45,761 nucleotides of DNA from Minisyncoccota bacterium (GTDB lineage: Bacteria; Patescibacteriota; Minisyncoccia; Phycocordibacterales; UBA918), in contig DAOLBU010000001.1 of NCBI GenBank assembly GCA_035324355.1, forward strand, positions 18,124-63,884. Reading direction: 5' to 3'. Numbering within the stretch: position 1 is the stretch's first letter; the number at the start of each line of letters is the position of its first letter. This document shows positions 7,182-16,085 of the stretch, piece after piece. Under the pieces are notes generated by a model. That model did no database searches. It saw only the letters and a program-made list of their open reading frames with translations, and had not been told where the DNA came from. The translations under genes and the position numbers were made by a program.

Positions 7182-8918
7182 ATGCTTAATTTTAATGACA
7201 AATTTGCCAACAACCAACTTGGCGAGTTAAGGCGAAGTGAGGAAGAAAAATTAGTCCAAGCTTTAGCTCCACAGTATGGTTTTGAATACATCAACTTAAA
7301 TGGTTACACCATTAACCCAGAAGCAATTAGTCTGTATCCCGAAAAAAAGGCCCGCGCAGCAAAATTGGTAATCTTTGATGTTAAACACGACCTCCTCTCG
7401 GTTGCTACCCAAACACCCAACAATCCCGTCACTCTCCAAGCCCTGCAAGAGCTACAAAACAATCGGCAAAACATCCAAATTTTTATGTGTTCGCAGGCCA
7501 GTTTAGAGCATGCCTGGAAACGTTATGTTGATATTGTAAAATCCACTGGCGAGAAAAACGGAGTTTTTGATATCAGTGAAAATGAAATTTTAAACTTTAC
7601 CAAATCAATTAAAGAGCCTGGTGATGTGTCTAAACTTTTTAGTAAAATCAACACCCTCAACAACTCTAAGCGAGTCACTGAAAGTTTGGAATTAATTTTA
7701 GCTGGCGCCCTTGGTTTAAAAGCTTCCGATATCCATATTGAGCCAGAAAAGACAGTGGTGCGCTTGCGCTATCGTCTCGATGGTGTGTTGCAAGATATTT
7801 TTGATATAGATCGCTATATTTATGATCGCTTAATCTCTCGCTTAAAACTCATTTCCGGAATGACTCTCAATCAAAAGAAAGAATCTCAAGACGGCCGGTT
7901 TACTTTTACCTTAGGCGAACAAGAAATTGACGTGCGTTCATCTATTATTCCCGGCGCATCCGGAGAATCTATGGTAATGCGTCTTTTGGATTCTGGAGTA
8001 GCCAGTTACACTCTAGATAAAATCGAAATGAACCAGAGACTACGTACCACAATGGAAAAGGAACTGAAGAAACCTAACGGATTGATTTTAACTACAGGTC
8101 CAACTGGTTCAGGTAAAACTACCGTGCTATATGCTTTTCTGCGGGCGGCTCACAAAGAAGGAGTAAAAATTATTACCATCGAAAACCCGGTGGAATATAA
8201 AATTGAAGGCATTGTCCAAACGCAAGTCAGCGATAATTATACCTTCGCTTCCGGTCTGCGAGCCATCCTCCGCCAAGACCCGGATATCATTCTTATTGGT
8301 GAAATTCGTGATCAAGAAGTGGCCGAAACCGCCCTTCATGCAGCCCAGACTGGACACTTAGTGTTTTCGACCCTGCACGCCAATAATGCGGCGGCGGCTT
8401 TTTCACGTCTAATTGATCTTGGGGTAGATTCTCGCGTCTTGGGTACTTCAGTAAATGCCGTCCTCGGTCAAAGATTGGTACGTCGACTTTGTGAAAAATG
8501 TAAGGTGGCTTACACCGCTTCAAGTGAAGAGTTGGCTTTAGTTAAAGAAGTACTAAAAAGCCACCCTGATGCGGTGACAGTTAATGAGCCCCTGACTTTA
8601 TATAAAGGAGTTGGCTGTAGTTATTGTGGTGATACCGGCTATAAAGGTCGTGTTGGAATTTTTGAAGCTATTTTGATGGACGAAACAGTGGAAGAAACTG
8701 TCATTAACGATCCGCGTGAACATGTTTTATTTGCTGCCGCTAAAGCTCAAGGAATTCCAACCATGCTCGAAGATGGAATGGAAAAAGTGGCTAGTGGCGT
8801 TACTTCTATTGTCGAGCTTGAACGCATGATTGAAATCCCTCGACTCAAACCAAAAGTACCAGATGAACCAAACGATACTGATGATACTGACGCCTTCCTT
8901 TCACATATAGTTTCTTAA
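7182..8918 (+). CDS. pilB: GspE/PilB-family secretion ATPase (type IV pilus assembly ATPase-like)
   Basis: 578 aa. It has an N-terminal GspE-N-like domain, Walker A TTGPTGSGKTT, an Asp box/Walker B region (ILIGEIRD) and a tetracysteine motif (CEKC...CSYC). Confidence 0.9.
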   Translation: MLNFNDKFANNQLGELRRSEEEKLVQALAPQYGFEYINLNGYTINPEAISLYPEKKARAAKLVIFDVKHDLLSVATQTPNNPVTLQALQELQNNRQNIQIFMCSQASLEHAWKRYVDIVKSTGEKNGVFDISENEILNFTKSIKEPGDVSKLFSKINTLNNSKRVTESLELILAGALGLKASDIHIEPEKTVVRLRYRLDGVLQDIFDIDRYIYDRLISRLKLISGMTLNQKKESQDGRFTFTLGEQEIDVRSSIIPGASGESMVMRLLDSGVASYTLDKIEMNQRLRTTMEKELKKPNGLILTTGPTGSGKTTVLYAFLRAAHKEGVKIITIENPVEYKIEGIVQTQVSDNYTFASGLRAILRQDPDIILIGEIRDQEVAETALHAAQTGHLVFSTLHANNAAAAFSRLIDLGVDSRVLGTSVNAVLGQRLVRRLCEKCKVAYTASSEELALVKEVLKSHPDAVTVNEPLTLYKGVGCSYCGDTGYKGRVGIFEAILMDETVEETVINDPREHVLFAAAKAQGIPTMLEDGMEKVASGVTSIVELERMIEIPRLKPKVPDEPNDTDDTDAFLSHIVS

Positions 8919-9013
8919 GTTTTTCTGAGATATAAAAAAACAGCTCGGTCAAGCTTGTTTTTGTTTTTTGTATGCTATAGTCGATTTATCTAACGTTCTT
9001 TGACCTTTTTGTT

Positions 9014-9152
9014 CCAGAGTATAACTCTCTAAGCAAGCTTCCGCATTGAAAGTGAACACCGCGCTAAGAAAGTTTGTCGCACTCTCACTCTAGGGTGAAC
9101 GCCACAAAACCCCTCGCAACGTGCTCAAGTTGCTTAGAGAGTTATCGTCTGG
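9014..9152. repeat. 139-nt element closed by a 21-bp interrupted inverted repeat (16 bp perfect + 5 bp). It is either a structured ncRNA or a MITE-like element.
   Basis: ccaga-gt-ataactctctaagcaa (9014-9036) pairs with ttgcttagagagttat-cg-tctgg (9130-9152). The interior contains gtgaacaccgcg and gtgaacgccaca, and a tandem cactct-cactct. Confidence 0.6.
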
Positions 9153-9247
9153 AAATTTAAAAGGTAGTGCCACAGCGACACCTGAGAACTCGATACTTTT
9201 TTATATTAGCACACATATATTTTTTTGTCAACCCAGGTGTCTTAGAT

Positions 9248-9445
9248 TCAGTTAAAGTTGATTTTGACTTGCTTGAAAATGGCCAGTAAAGTTCCGACTG
9301 GTAATTCACGATTATGTAACGGCATGGTCGTTCTGCGACCGTCCGCATGTTTAAACAAAGCATGGCTACCCCGCTGTCTGATTAGAATAAAACCATTTTC
9401 TTCTAAGATTTTAACCAGTGCCTTAGGTTTTAGAGGCTTTGGCAT
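9248..9445 (-). CDS. hicA: HicA-family toxin (mRNA interferase)
   Basis: 65 aa. KALVKILEENGFILIRQRGSHALFKH...TTMPLHNRELPVGTLLAIFKQ matches the HicA pattern. Confidence 0.85.
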   Translation of the reverse strand: MPKPLKPKALVKILEENGFILIRQRGSHALFKHADGRRTTMPLHNRELPVGTLLAIFKQVKINFN

Positions 9446-9456
9446 AAGTGCAAAAT

Positions 9457-9696
9457 CTAAGCAGTTACACTGATAGAACTAATAATAGTTTGCTGATTTG
9501 AGCTAAAAGCCATCATTTCCCCCGAAGCTCGGCGTTCTGCAACACAAAGCTGTAACGCTTCCTGTACGTTCTTAGAAGCTTCTTCAAAAGTGGCTCCGTA
9601 GGTAATACATTCCGGTAAAGTAGGGACAGTCACAGTATAACCGCCTTCTGGTTCTGACGTATAAATAACCTGAAAAGTATAAGGATTATTACTCAT
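9457..9696 (-). CDS. hicB: HicB-family antitoxin (UPF0150-like N-terminal domain)
   Basis: 79 aa. YTFQVIYTSEPEGGYTVTVPTLPECITYGATFEEASKNVQEALQL is typical of HicB. It lies immediately upstream of hicA. Confidence 0.8.
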   Translation of the reverse strand: MSNNPYTFQVIYTSEPEGGYTVTVPTLPECITYGATFEEASKNVQEALQLCVAERRASGEMMAFSSNQQTIISSISVTA

Positions 9697-9836
9697 ATTT
9701 TTTAATTATAACACGATTATAAAAATTGTTTAAAAGGTTTTTATTTTACTGAAGTTAATGTTTGGAACAGATACTCTCTACTAAACCAGTAGAGCTATTT
9801 AGAGAAAAAACCTTTCAAATTTGCTAGAATGGCTTA

Positions 9837-10850
9837 ATGGAAAAAAAGCCAAATAATAAACTAATTGCCAAGGATGAGAATGGTAACTTAGACCATACTC
9901 TCCGCCCGCAAACCTGGGAGGACTACATCGGTCAAACCAAAACCAAAGAAAATTTACGTATCTTACTCACCGCTGCTAGACAGCGCGGGCATGCAGCAGA
10001 GCATATTTTACTTTACGGACCACCTGGTCTTGGTAAGACCACCTTAGCTCATTTGATAGCTAAAACTCTGGGCACCAACATGCGCACCACCTCGGGTCCT
10101 GCGATTGAAAAAATTGGGGACTTAGCAGCAATCCTTACCAATCTGTCACCTGGAGATGTTCTTTTTATAGATGAAATCCACCGTCTCTCTAAGACGATTG
10201 AAGAGGTCCTTTATCCGGCAATGGAATCTGGTGTTTTAGATATAATTATTGGTAAAGGTCCTTCAGCTCGAACTGTTCAACTAGACCTACCGCCGTTTAC
10301 TCTAGTCGCCGCTACGACCCGCATCTCGATGTTATCGGCTCCCCTACGCTCTCGTTTTTCGGGTGGAACTTTTCGGTTAGAATTTTATAGTGATGAAGAA
10401 ATTGCGGAAATTCTTTCTCATTCTGCCAAAATATTAGAGGTAGACAGTAGCTCTGAGCTGATGTTGTCCGTTGCTAAACGCTGCAGAGCTACGCCCCGCA
10501 CGGCCAACTATTTACTTAAGCGTTGTCGTGATATGGCACAGCTGCAAACTGGAGTCTTGTCGAAGGAGATTATTAGCCAGACATTCGCCTTACTGGAAAT
10601 TGACACACTTGGCCTTGGACGACCTGATCGAGCAGTCTTGGAAGCAATTATTTATAAGTTCGGTGGTGGTCCCGTCGGACTCAATACTATAGCGGCTGCC
10701 ACCGGAGAGGAGCAGTCCACTATTGAAGACGTTGTTGAACCTTACCTCATTCGTCTCGGGCTTTTAGAGCGAACACCACGCGGCCGGATTTCCACCAATG
10801 AGGCTTCGGTCCACTTAGAAAAGTATGCAATGGAGGTAAATTCTAATTAA
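9837..10850 (+). CDS. ruvB: Holliday junction branch migration helicase RuvB
   Basis: 337 aa with [12 protein letters not shown], Walker [12 protein letters not shown] and Walker [10 protein letters not shown]. An extended -10-like tgctagaat lies just upstream. Confidence 0.95.
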   Translation: MEKKPNNKLIAKDENGNLDHTLRPQTWEDYIGQTKTKENLRILLTAARQRGHAAEHILLYGPPGLGKTTLAHLIAKTLGTNMRTTSGPAIEKIGDLAAILTNLSPGDVLFIDEIHRLSKTIEEVLYPAMESGVLDIIIGKGPSARTVQLDLPPFTLVAATTRISMLSAPLRSRFSGGTFRLEFYSDEEIAEILSHSAKILEVDSSSELMLSVAKRCRATPRTANYLLKRCRDMAQLQTGVLSKEIISQTFALLEIDTLGLGRPDRAVLEAIIYKFGGGPVGLNTIAAATGEEQSTIEDVVEPYLIRLGLLERTPRGRISTNEASVHLEKYAMEVNSN

Positions 10851-10852
10851 TT

Positions 10853-11398
10853 ATGTCCGGTCATAATAAGTGGTCAAAAATCAAACATAAAAAAGCAGCA
10901 ACTGACTCACAAAAAAGCCGAATTTTTTCTCGGTACTCTCGGTTAATTACTCTAGAAGCCAAAAAAGCCAATGGGGATATTTTATCACCAGCACTAGCAG
11001 CAATTATTGACCGCGCTAAAAAAGATTCAATGCCTAAGGAGAACATCGAACGCGCTGTAGCCAAAGGCACTAGCAGCGAAAGTGCTAACTTGGAAGAATT
11101 ATTATATGAAACTTATGGTCCTGGTGGAGTAGCTATTTTAATTGTAGTTATAACTGACAATAATAACCGCACCGCACCCGAAATAAAAAATCTTCTAGTA
11201 AAAGCAGGCTACCAAATTGCAACACCCGGTTCCGCCAGCTGGGCTTTTAATAAACACGACGACTCTTATTATCCAACTTCACCCCTAGCACTTGGTGAGG
11301 ACGATGGTGAAAAACTAACTACATTAGTCGATCTAATTGAAAACCATCCAGATGTCCAAGCGGTTTATACCAGTGCTGACTCTCCCTCTAATCCGTAG
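10853..11398 (+). CDS. yebC: YebC/PmpR-family protein, short 181-aa form
   Basis: The N-terminus MSGHNKWSKIKHKKAATDSQKSRIFSR is the family hallmark. It is roughly 60 aa shorter than typical members. Confidence 0.8.
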   Translation: MSGHNKWSKIKHKKAATDSQKSRIFSRYSRLITLEAKKANGDILSPALAAIIDRAKKDSMPKENIERAVAKGTSSESANLEELLYETYGPGGVAILIVVITDNNNRTAPEIKNLLVKAGYQIATPGSASWAFNKHDDSYYPTSPLALGEDDGEKLTTLVDLIENHPDVQAVYTSADSPSNP

Positions 11399-11400
11399 TC

Positions 11401-11904
11401 ATGAAAGTATTAGCCATTGATCCCGGTTATGACCGGCTCGGAATAGCGGTCGTCGAAAACTCTCCTCAGTGTGAAGTGGTGCATTTTTCTACTTGTTTAA
11501 CAACCGACAAAAATTTAAGTTTAGCGCAGCGTATTTTAATAATTGGTGATGAGATTGAGAAGCTGATTTTGTCTTACGCTCCAGACAGCGTAGCTATCGA
11601 AACACTTTTCTTTAATAAAAACGTCAAGACCGCTATTGGAGTGGCTCAGGCGCGGGGAGTAATTCTTTATCTCGCCCAAAAGCATAATTGTGAAATTTAT
11701 GAACTAGGACCCCAACAAATTAAAGTGGCGATTACTGGGTATGGTAAAAGTGACAAAAGTGCTGTCAACGTCATGTTGCAAAAATTATGCCGTAATATTC
11801 CCCCGAAAGCTCTAGATGATGAATACGACGCTATTGCCGTGGGGGTTACCTGCTTAGCTTATTATGGTAAAAAAAGTCAAAGTCCCCATATTCGGGGTAA
11901 GTGA
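11401..11904 (+). CDS. ruvC: Holliday junction resolvase RuvC
   Basis: 167 aa with MKVLAIDPGYDRLGIAVVE and a C-terminal DDEYDAIAVGV acidic catalytic region. It ends at TGA. Confidence 0.9.
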   Translation: MKVLAIDPGYDRLGIAVVENSPQCEVVHFSTCLTTDKNLSLAQRILIIGDEIEKLILSYAPDSVAIETLFFNKNVKTAIGVAQARGVILYLAQKHNCEIYELGPQQIKVAITGYGKSDKSAVNVMLQKLCRNIPPKALDDEYDAIAVGVTCLAYYGKKSQSPHIRGK

Positions 11905-11954
11905 TTTGAATTTTTTCGCTATCTTTGGTACAACTGAGCGTAACAAAAAAATGT

Positions 11955-12206
11955 ATGATATTTTTAAATCGAGATGAAGAGGAAGAAAATCCGGATGACG
12001 AAGAGGCTACTTTAGCTGAAGATTTACTTGATGAAGTAGGAGAAGAGGCGGTAGCTGATGATGAGCTTGAAGGCTTTGGTCTGATTACCCCAGAGTTAGA
12101 AAAGGAAGAGGAGGAGGAGGAAAAAATTGATGAAGATGAAGCTATTTTAGATGAAGACGCTGAAGATGTTGATTTTGATACTTTTGACGATGTTGATGAG
12201 CTATAA
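11955..12206 (+). CDS. Hyper-acidic small protein (about 83 aa from the ATG; the track ORF starts at TTG 11925)
   Basis: D/E dominate the sequence (DEEEENPDDEE..., EKEEEEEEKIDEDE...). A strong terminator follows. There is no recognisable family. Confidence 0.45.
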   Translation: MIFLNRDEEEENPDDEEATLAEDLLDEVGEEAVADDELEGFGLITPELEKEEEEEEKIDEDEAILDEDAEDVDFDTFDDVDEL

Positions 12207-12210
12207 GAAT

Positions 12211-12245
12211 AAAAAAGCGACCCTTCTACAGAGAGTCGCTTTTTT
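12211..12245. terminator. Bidirectional terminator between the convergent acidic ORF and tyrS
   Basis: aaaaaagcgac ... gtcgctttttt forms the stem, with A and T runs on either side. Confidence 0.65.
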
Positions 12246-12254
12246 ATATTTTGT

Positions 12255-13496
12255 TTATTTAATTAAAAATAACGCAACATTTTTTTTGCCCCGCCTGACC
12301 AATAAAATAGTCTCTGTTTCATAGTCCAAAGAATAATCAACATTAAGAATTTTAGTTCCATTGATGGTTACTGCCCCTTCACTAACAAAGGTTTTAGCCT
12401 CCCGCTTGCTGCTAGCTAGACTCGCGGTCACCAAAGCCTCTATTAGTTCCGTTCCTGGTGCAAAGTTTTGTTTTGGTGCATTCACTAATAGAAACTGGCG
12501 CTCGGCTTCAGACAAAGACGTCAGTGGTTCTGTACCAAATAATATCTCGGTTACTTTTTGGACTTTAGTTACAGTGTCTTCACCATGCACCAGCTTGGTC
12601 ACCTCAGCGGCTAAGGCTTTTTGGGCTTCACGCTCTTGTGGTTTTTCTACTACTGCTTTTGCTAAACGTTCAATTTCTTCTAGGGATAGTAGGGTAAATA
12701 ACTTCAAAAACTCCACCACACTATCATCAGGGGTATTTAACCAAAACTGATAAAAAGCGTAGGGTGGGGTTTTGGTCCCATCAAGCCAGACAGCATTGCC
12801 TTCACTTTTGCCAAATTTCTTTCCGGTAGCTTTATCAATAATCAAAGGTACAGTCAGCCCGTGTACTGTTGCTTGAGTAATACGTCGCACTAAATCAACG
12901 CCAGCAACCACGTTTCCCCATTGATCTGACCCGCCCACTTGAAGAGTTACATTTCTCTTTTGATGCAGCTCTAGGTAGTCGTAGGCTTGGAGTAGTGGGT
13001 ATGCAAACTCAGTATAAGATAAACCCACTTCGCTTTGTAAACGTCTGGCTATTGCATCTTTTTTTAAAAGTTCGCTAATAGTAAAATGTTTTCCAACATC
13101 CCGCAAGAAAGTGATTAAACTCAAGCCACCTAGCCAATCATGATTATCAACAAAAGTAACCTTTGTCTGTCCAAAAAAATTAATTGCTTGGTTTTTAATT
13201 TTTTCCACTCGACCAGCAATTTCCTCACGAGAGGCGAGCACTCTTTCAGCATCAGGTTTAGGGTCCCCAATCATCCCAGTGCCACCACCAACCAAAAAAA
13301 CTAGTTGGTGTCCTTGATCAACCAAATGTTTAAGTAACATCCAAATAACAAAGTTTCCGGCGTGCGCTGAATCAGCTGAAGGATCGATGCCGTGGTAGAT
13401 AACTCTTTTATCCTGATCAAAGATTTCGGATAAATTATCGCTAGTACATTGAGCAATGAAGCCTCTGGTTTGTAATTCTTCTGACAATTTCATCAA
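12255..13496 (-). CDS. tyrS: Tyrosyl-tRNA synthetase with C-terminal S4-like domain
   Basis: 413 aa with a HIGH-region variant (DPSADSAHAGN), KMSKS as KFGKSEG, and a C-terminal S4-like tail. Confidence 0.9.
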   Translation of the reverse strand: MMKLSEELQTRGFIAQCTSDNLSEIFDQDKRVIYHGIDPSADSAHAGNFVIWMLLKHLVDQGHQLVFLVGGGTGMIGDPKPDAERVLASREEIAGRVEKIKNQAINFFGQTKVTFVDNHDWLGGLSLITFLRDVGKHFTISELLKKDAIARRLQSEVGLSYTEFAYPLLQAYDYLELHQKRNVTLQVGGSDQWGNVVAGVDLVRRITQATVHGLTVPLIIDKATGKKFGKSEGNAVWLDGTKTPPYAFYQFWLNTPDDSVVEFLKLFTLLSLEEIERLAKAVVEKPQEREAQKALAAEVTKLVHGEDTVTKVQKVTEILFGTEPLTSLSEAERQFLLVNAPKQNFAPGTELIEALVTASLASSKREAKTFVSEGAVTINGTKILNVDYSLDYETETILLVRRGKKNVALFLIK

Positions 13497-13523
13497 ATAA
13501 CTCTACCACACATTTCTTCTAAA

Positions 13524-15797
13524 TTGACTAGACAAGTCATGGTACTATTGGCTATATATAACTATAATATGTTTAAGAAACTCTTTAAAAAATCTTGGTG
13601 GAAACGTAATTCTAAAGAAGTGGCCATTGATGTTTTTATTGTCATCTTTGCTTTAGGCACAGTCTCAGTGGCGGTGGCTCTATTATGGGTCTCTACTTTA
13701 GAAATTCCGGATTTATCAACCTTTGATGAACGACGAATTCTCCAATCTACTAAAATTTATGACCGCACTGGGGAAATTTTACTCTACGACCTTCATCAGG
13801 ATGTTCGGCGTACCATTGTTCCTTTTGAAAACATTTCTCATCATATTAAAAACGCTACAATCGCTATTGAAGATGACCAATTTTACAATCATTTTGGTAT
13901 CGAGCCCCTAGCTATCATGCGTGCAGTTATTGCCAACTTTCAACAGGGTGATTTACTGGGCGGACAAGGGGGATCGACGATTACCCAACAGGTAATTAAA
14001 AATTCTATTCTCCAACGAGAAAAGACTTTGACTCGTAAAGTAAAGGAGTGGATTTTATCCATTAAAATTGAGCGTATCCTGACCAAGGATGAAATTTTGG
14101 GTATCTATTTAAATGAATCACCTTATGGTGGAACTATTTACGGCGTGGAAGAAGCATCACAATCTTTTTTTGGTAAAAGCGCTAGTGATATCACCTTGGC
14201 TGAAGCCGCTTACTTAGCAGCTTTGCCACAGTTACCAACTTATTATTCACCCTACGGAAACAATCGTGAAGCTTTAAATAAACGGCAACAGTTAGTATTG
14301 GAACGAATGTTCGTTAAAGATTTTATTACCGAGGAAGAATACAGTGCCGCTAAAGCCGTTGAAGTTGAATTTCAGCCCCAAGCAGTAACTGGCATTCGCG
14401 CTCCTCATTTTGTGATGTTTATAAGGGAATATCTCGCAAAAAAATACGGCGAAGAAGCTTTAATGGATCGAGGATTGCGGGTAATCACCACTTTAGACTG
14501 GGACCTGCAAAAAGAAGCTGAGCGAATAGTTTATGAAAAAGCGGAAATCAACCAGGAGCGTTTCAAAGCTGACAATGCTGGACTGGTCGCCACTGATCCA
14601 AAAACTGGAGACCTGTTAGTAATGGTTGGCTCCCGGGATTATTTTAGTGAAACTATGGATGGTAACTTTAATATTACCTTAGCCGAGAGACAGCCAGGCT
14701 CTTCCATTAAGCCTTTTGTTTATGCTGCCGCATTTAGTAAAGGTTACTTACCCGACACAGTAGTCTTTGACGTCAGAACCCAATTTTCTCCAGCCTGTCC
14801 GGCGAGCAGTCTAGATTCAGCCTCACCTTGTTACTCACCGAGTAATTACAATAATAAATTTATTGGTCCAGTAAACCTGAGAAACGCCTTGGCTCAATCA
14901 CTAAATATTCCGGCCGTAAAAGTACTTTATTTAGCCGGCATGCGTGACTCTTTAAAGCTCGCCGCGGATATGGGCCTCACCACACTTAACGACCCCACCC
15001 GTTACGGACTCACTTTAGTACTAGGAGGTGGTGAAGTGAAACTCCTCGATATGACCTATGCATACGCTGTTTTTGCTAACGAAGGACTTAAAGCGGAACC
15101 TCGGAGCATTCTCCGCATAGAAGATAGTCGCGGTAATTTAATTGAAGAAAATCAAGTAGTTACTAAACAAGTACTCGATAAAAATGTGGCTTTAATGATC
15201 AGTGATGTTCTATCAGATAATGTAGCCCGCACCCCACTTTGGGGAGCCAACTCAGCAGTAAACTTCCCGGGTAAATCAGTTGCTTCAAAAACTGGTAGTA
15301 CCAACAACATGCGTGATGCCTGGCTAATGGGCTACTCCCCTACAGTTAGTGTCGGTACCTGGGTTGGCAACAACAACAACGATCCAATGGGCGCTGGTTT
15401 ATCAGGTCTTATTGTGACACCGATGTGGCGAGCATTTATGGACATTGCTTTAGCTAAATACCCCGAAGAAAACTTTAACCAACCCTTAATAAACCGAGTA
15501 GGTGTCAAACCAATTTTACGCGGTGAATATGTAGACACTAGTGCTCTTATGAACCAACTACAGGACGGGGGGCAAGTAAATCTAGCTGGCCTATACCAAA
15601 ATACTCACAATATTCTGCATTATGTAGATGTTAGAAACCCTCTTGGTCCAGAACCGACCAACCCAAGTAGTGAGCCACAATACGATAACTGGGAATATGG
15701 AGTTCGAGCTTGGATAAATGCTACTTATGGAGCCTACGTACCACCAGCCCCAATGTCAGAGGAGGAGGAAAATGATGAGGATGACGAACAAAACTAA
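13524..15797 (+). CDS. Class A penicillin-binding protein (glycosyltransferase GT51 + transpeptidase)
   Basis: GT motifs are EDDQFYNHFGI, GGSTITQQ and RKVKE. TP motifs are SSIKPF (SxxK), SLN (SxN) and KTGST (KTG). The start is uncertain: 13524 is TTG, and ATG 13569 (MFKKLFKK, just before the TM helix) is plausible. Confidence 0.92.
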   Translation: MTRQVMVLLAIYNYNMFKKLFKKSWWKRNSKEVAIDVFIVIFALGTVSVAVALLWVSTLEIPDLSTFDERRILQSTKIYDRTGEILLYDLHQDVRRTIVPFENISHHIKNATIAIEDDQFYNHFGIEPLAIMRAVIANFQQGDLLGGQGGSTITQQVIKNSILQREKTLTRKVKEWILSIKIERILTKDEILGIYLNESPYGGTIYGVEEASQSFFGKSASDITLAEAAYLAALPQLPTYYSPYGNNREALNKRQQLVLERMFVKDFITEEEYSAAKAVEVEFQPQAVTGIRAPHFVMFIREYLAKKYGEEALMDRGLRVITTLDWDLQKEAERIVYEKAEINQERFKADNAGLVATDPKTGDLLVMVGSRDYFSETMDGNFNITLAERQPGSSIKPFVYAAAFSKGYLPDTVVFDVRTQFSPACPASSLDSASPCYSPSNYNNKFIGPVNLRNALAQSLNIPAVKVLYLAGMRDSLKLAADMGLTTLNDPTRYGLTLVLGGGEVKLLDMTYAYAVFANEGLKAEPRSILRIEDSRGNLIEENQVVTKQVLDKNVALMISDVLSDNVARTPLWGANSAVNFPGKSVASKTGSTNNMRDAWLMGYSPTVSVGTWVGNNNNDPMGAGLSGLIVTPMWRAFMDIALAKYPEENFNQPLINRVGVKPILRGEYVDTSALMNQLQDGGQVNLAGLYQNTHNILHYVDVRNPLGPEPTNPSSEPQYDNWEYGVRAWINATYGAYVPPAPMSEEEENDEDDEQN

Positions 15798-16084
15798 AGA
15801 ATAGTTTTTGGAGAACTTTTGGTACCTAAGGCTTGTTTGAGGTTTTTAATTATTTCTTGCTCTTTAATTTTTATCTCCTGTTTAAACATTCCTGAGGCTT
15901 TAATATGTAAAGTTTGTGAGCTGACCGTATAAGCCACCTGATCTTCCCCAAGTCTGATCCCCAACACCTCACCAATGGCTTTAATTGCCTCTACCTCGAC
16001 ACTTTTTTGAGGCGCCTGTAGGGTCTGTCGATATTTTACAAATAAGTCCTTAACCGCCACAATTTCGCCTCTACTTTTTCGCAT
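15794..16084 (-). CDS. Small DUF721/DciA-like protein downstream of dnaN
   Basis: 96 aa. The call rests on position after dnaN and the pattern ...TLHIKASGMFKQEIKIKEQEIIKNLKQALG, which resembles DUF721. Its stop overlaps the convergent PBP stop by 4 nt. Confidence 0.4.
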   Translation of the reverse strand: MRKSRGEIVAVKDLFVKYRQTLQAPQKSVEVEAIKAIGEVLGIRLGEDQVAYTVSSQTLHIKASGMFKQEIKIKEQEIIKNLKQALGTKSSPKTIL

Positions 16085-16085
16085 A

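Noticed and set aside
9157-9473. ORFs 9157-9363 (minus) and 9258-9473 (plus) overlapping hicA
   Set aside because: They overlap the clearly recognisable HicA CDS in other frames or on the other strand. No motifs are present.
15794-15797. 4-nt overlap of the convergent stop codons of the PBP and the DUF721-like gene, with no terminator between them
   Set aside because: The overlap is real in the sequence, but it is a common consequence of genome compaction and not informative on its own.
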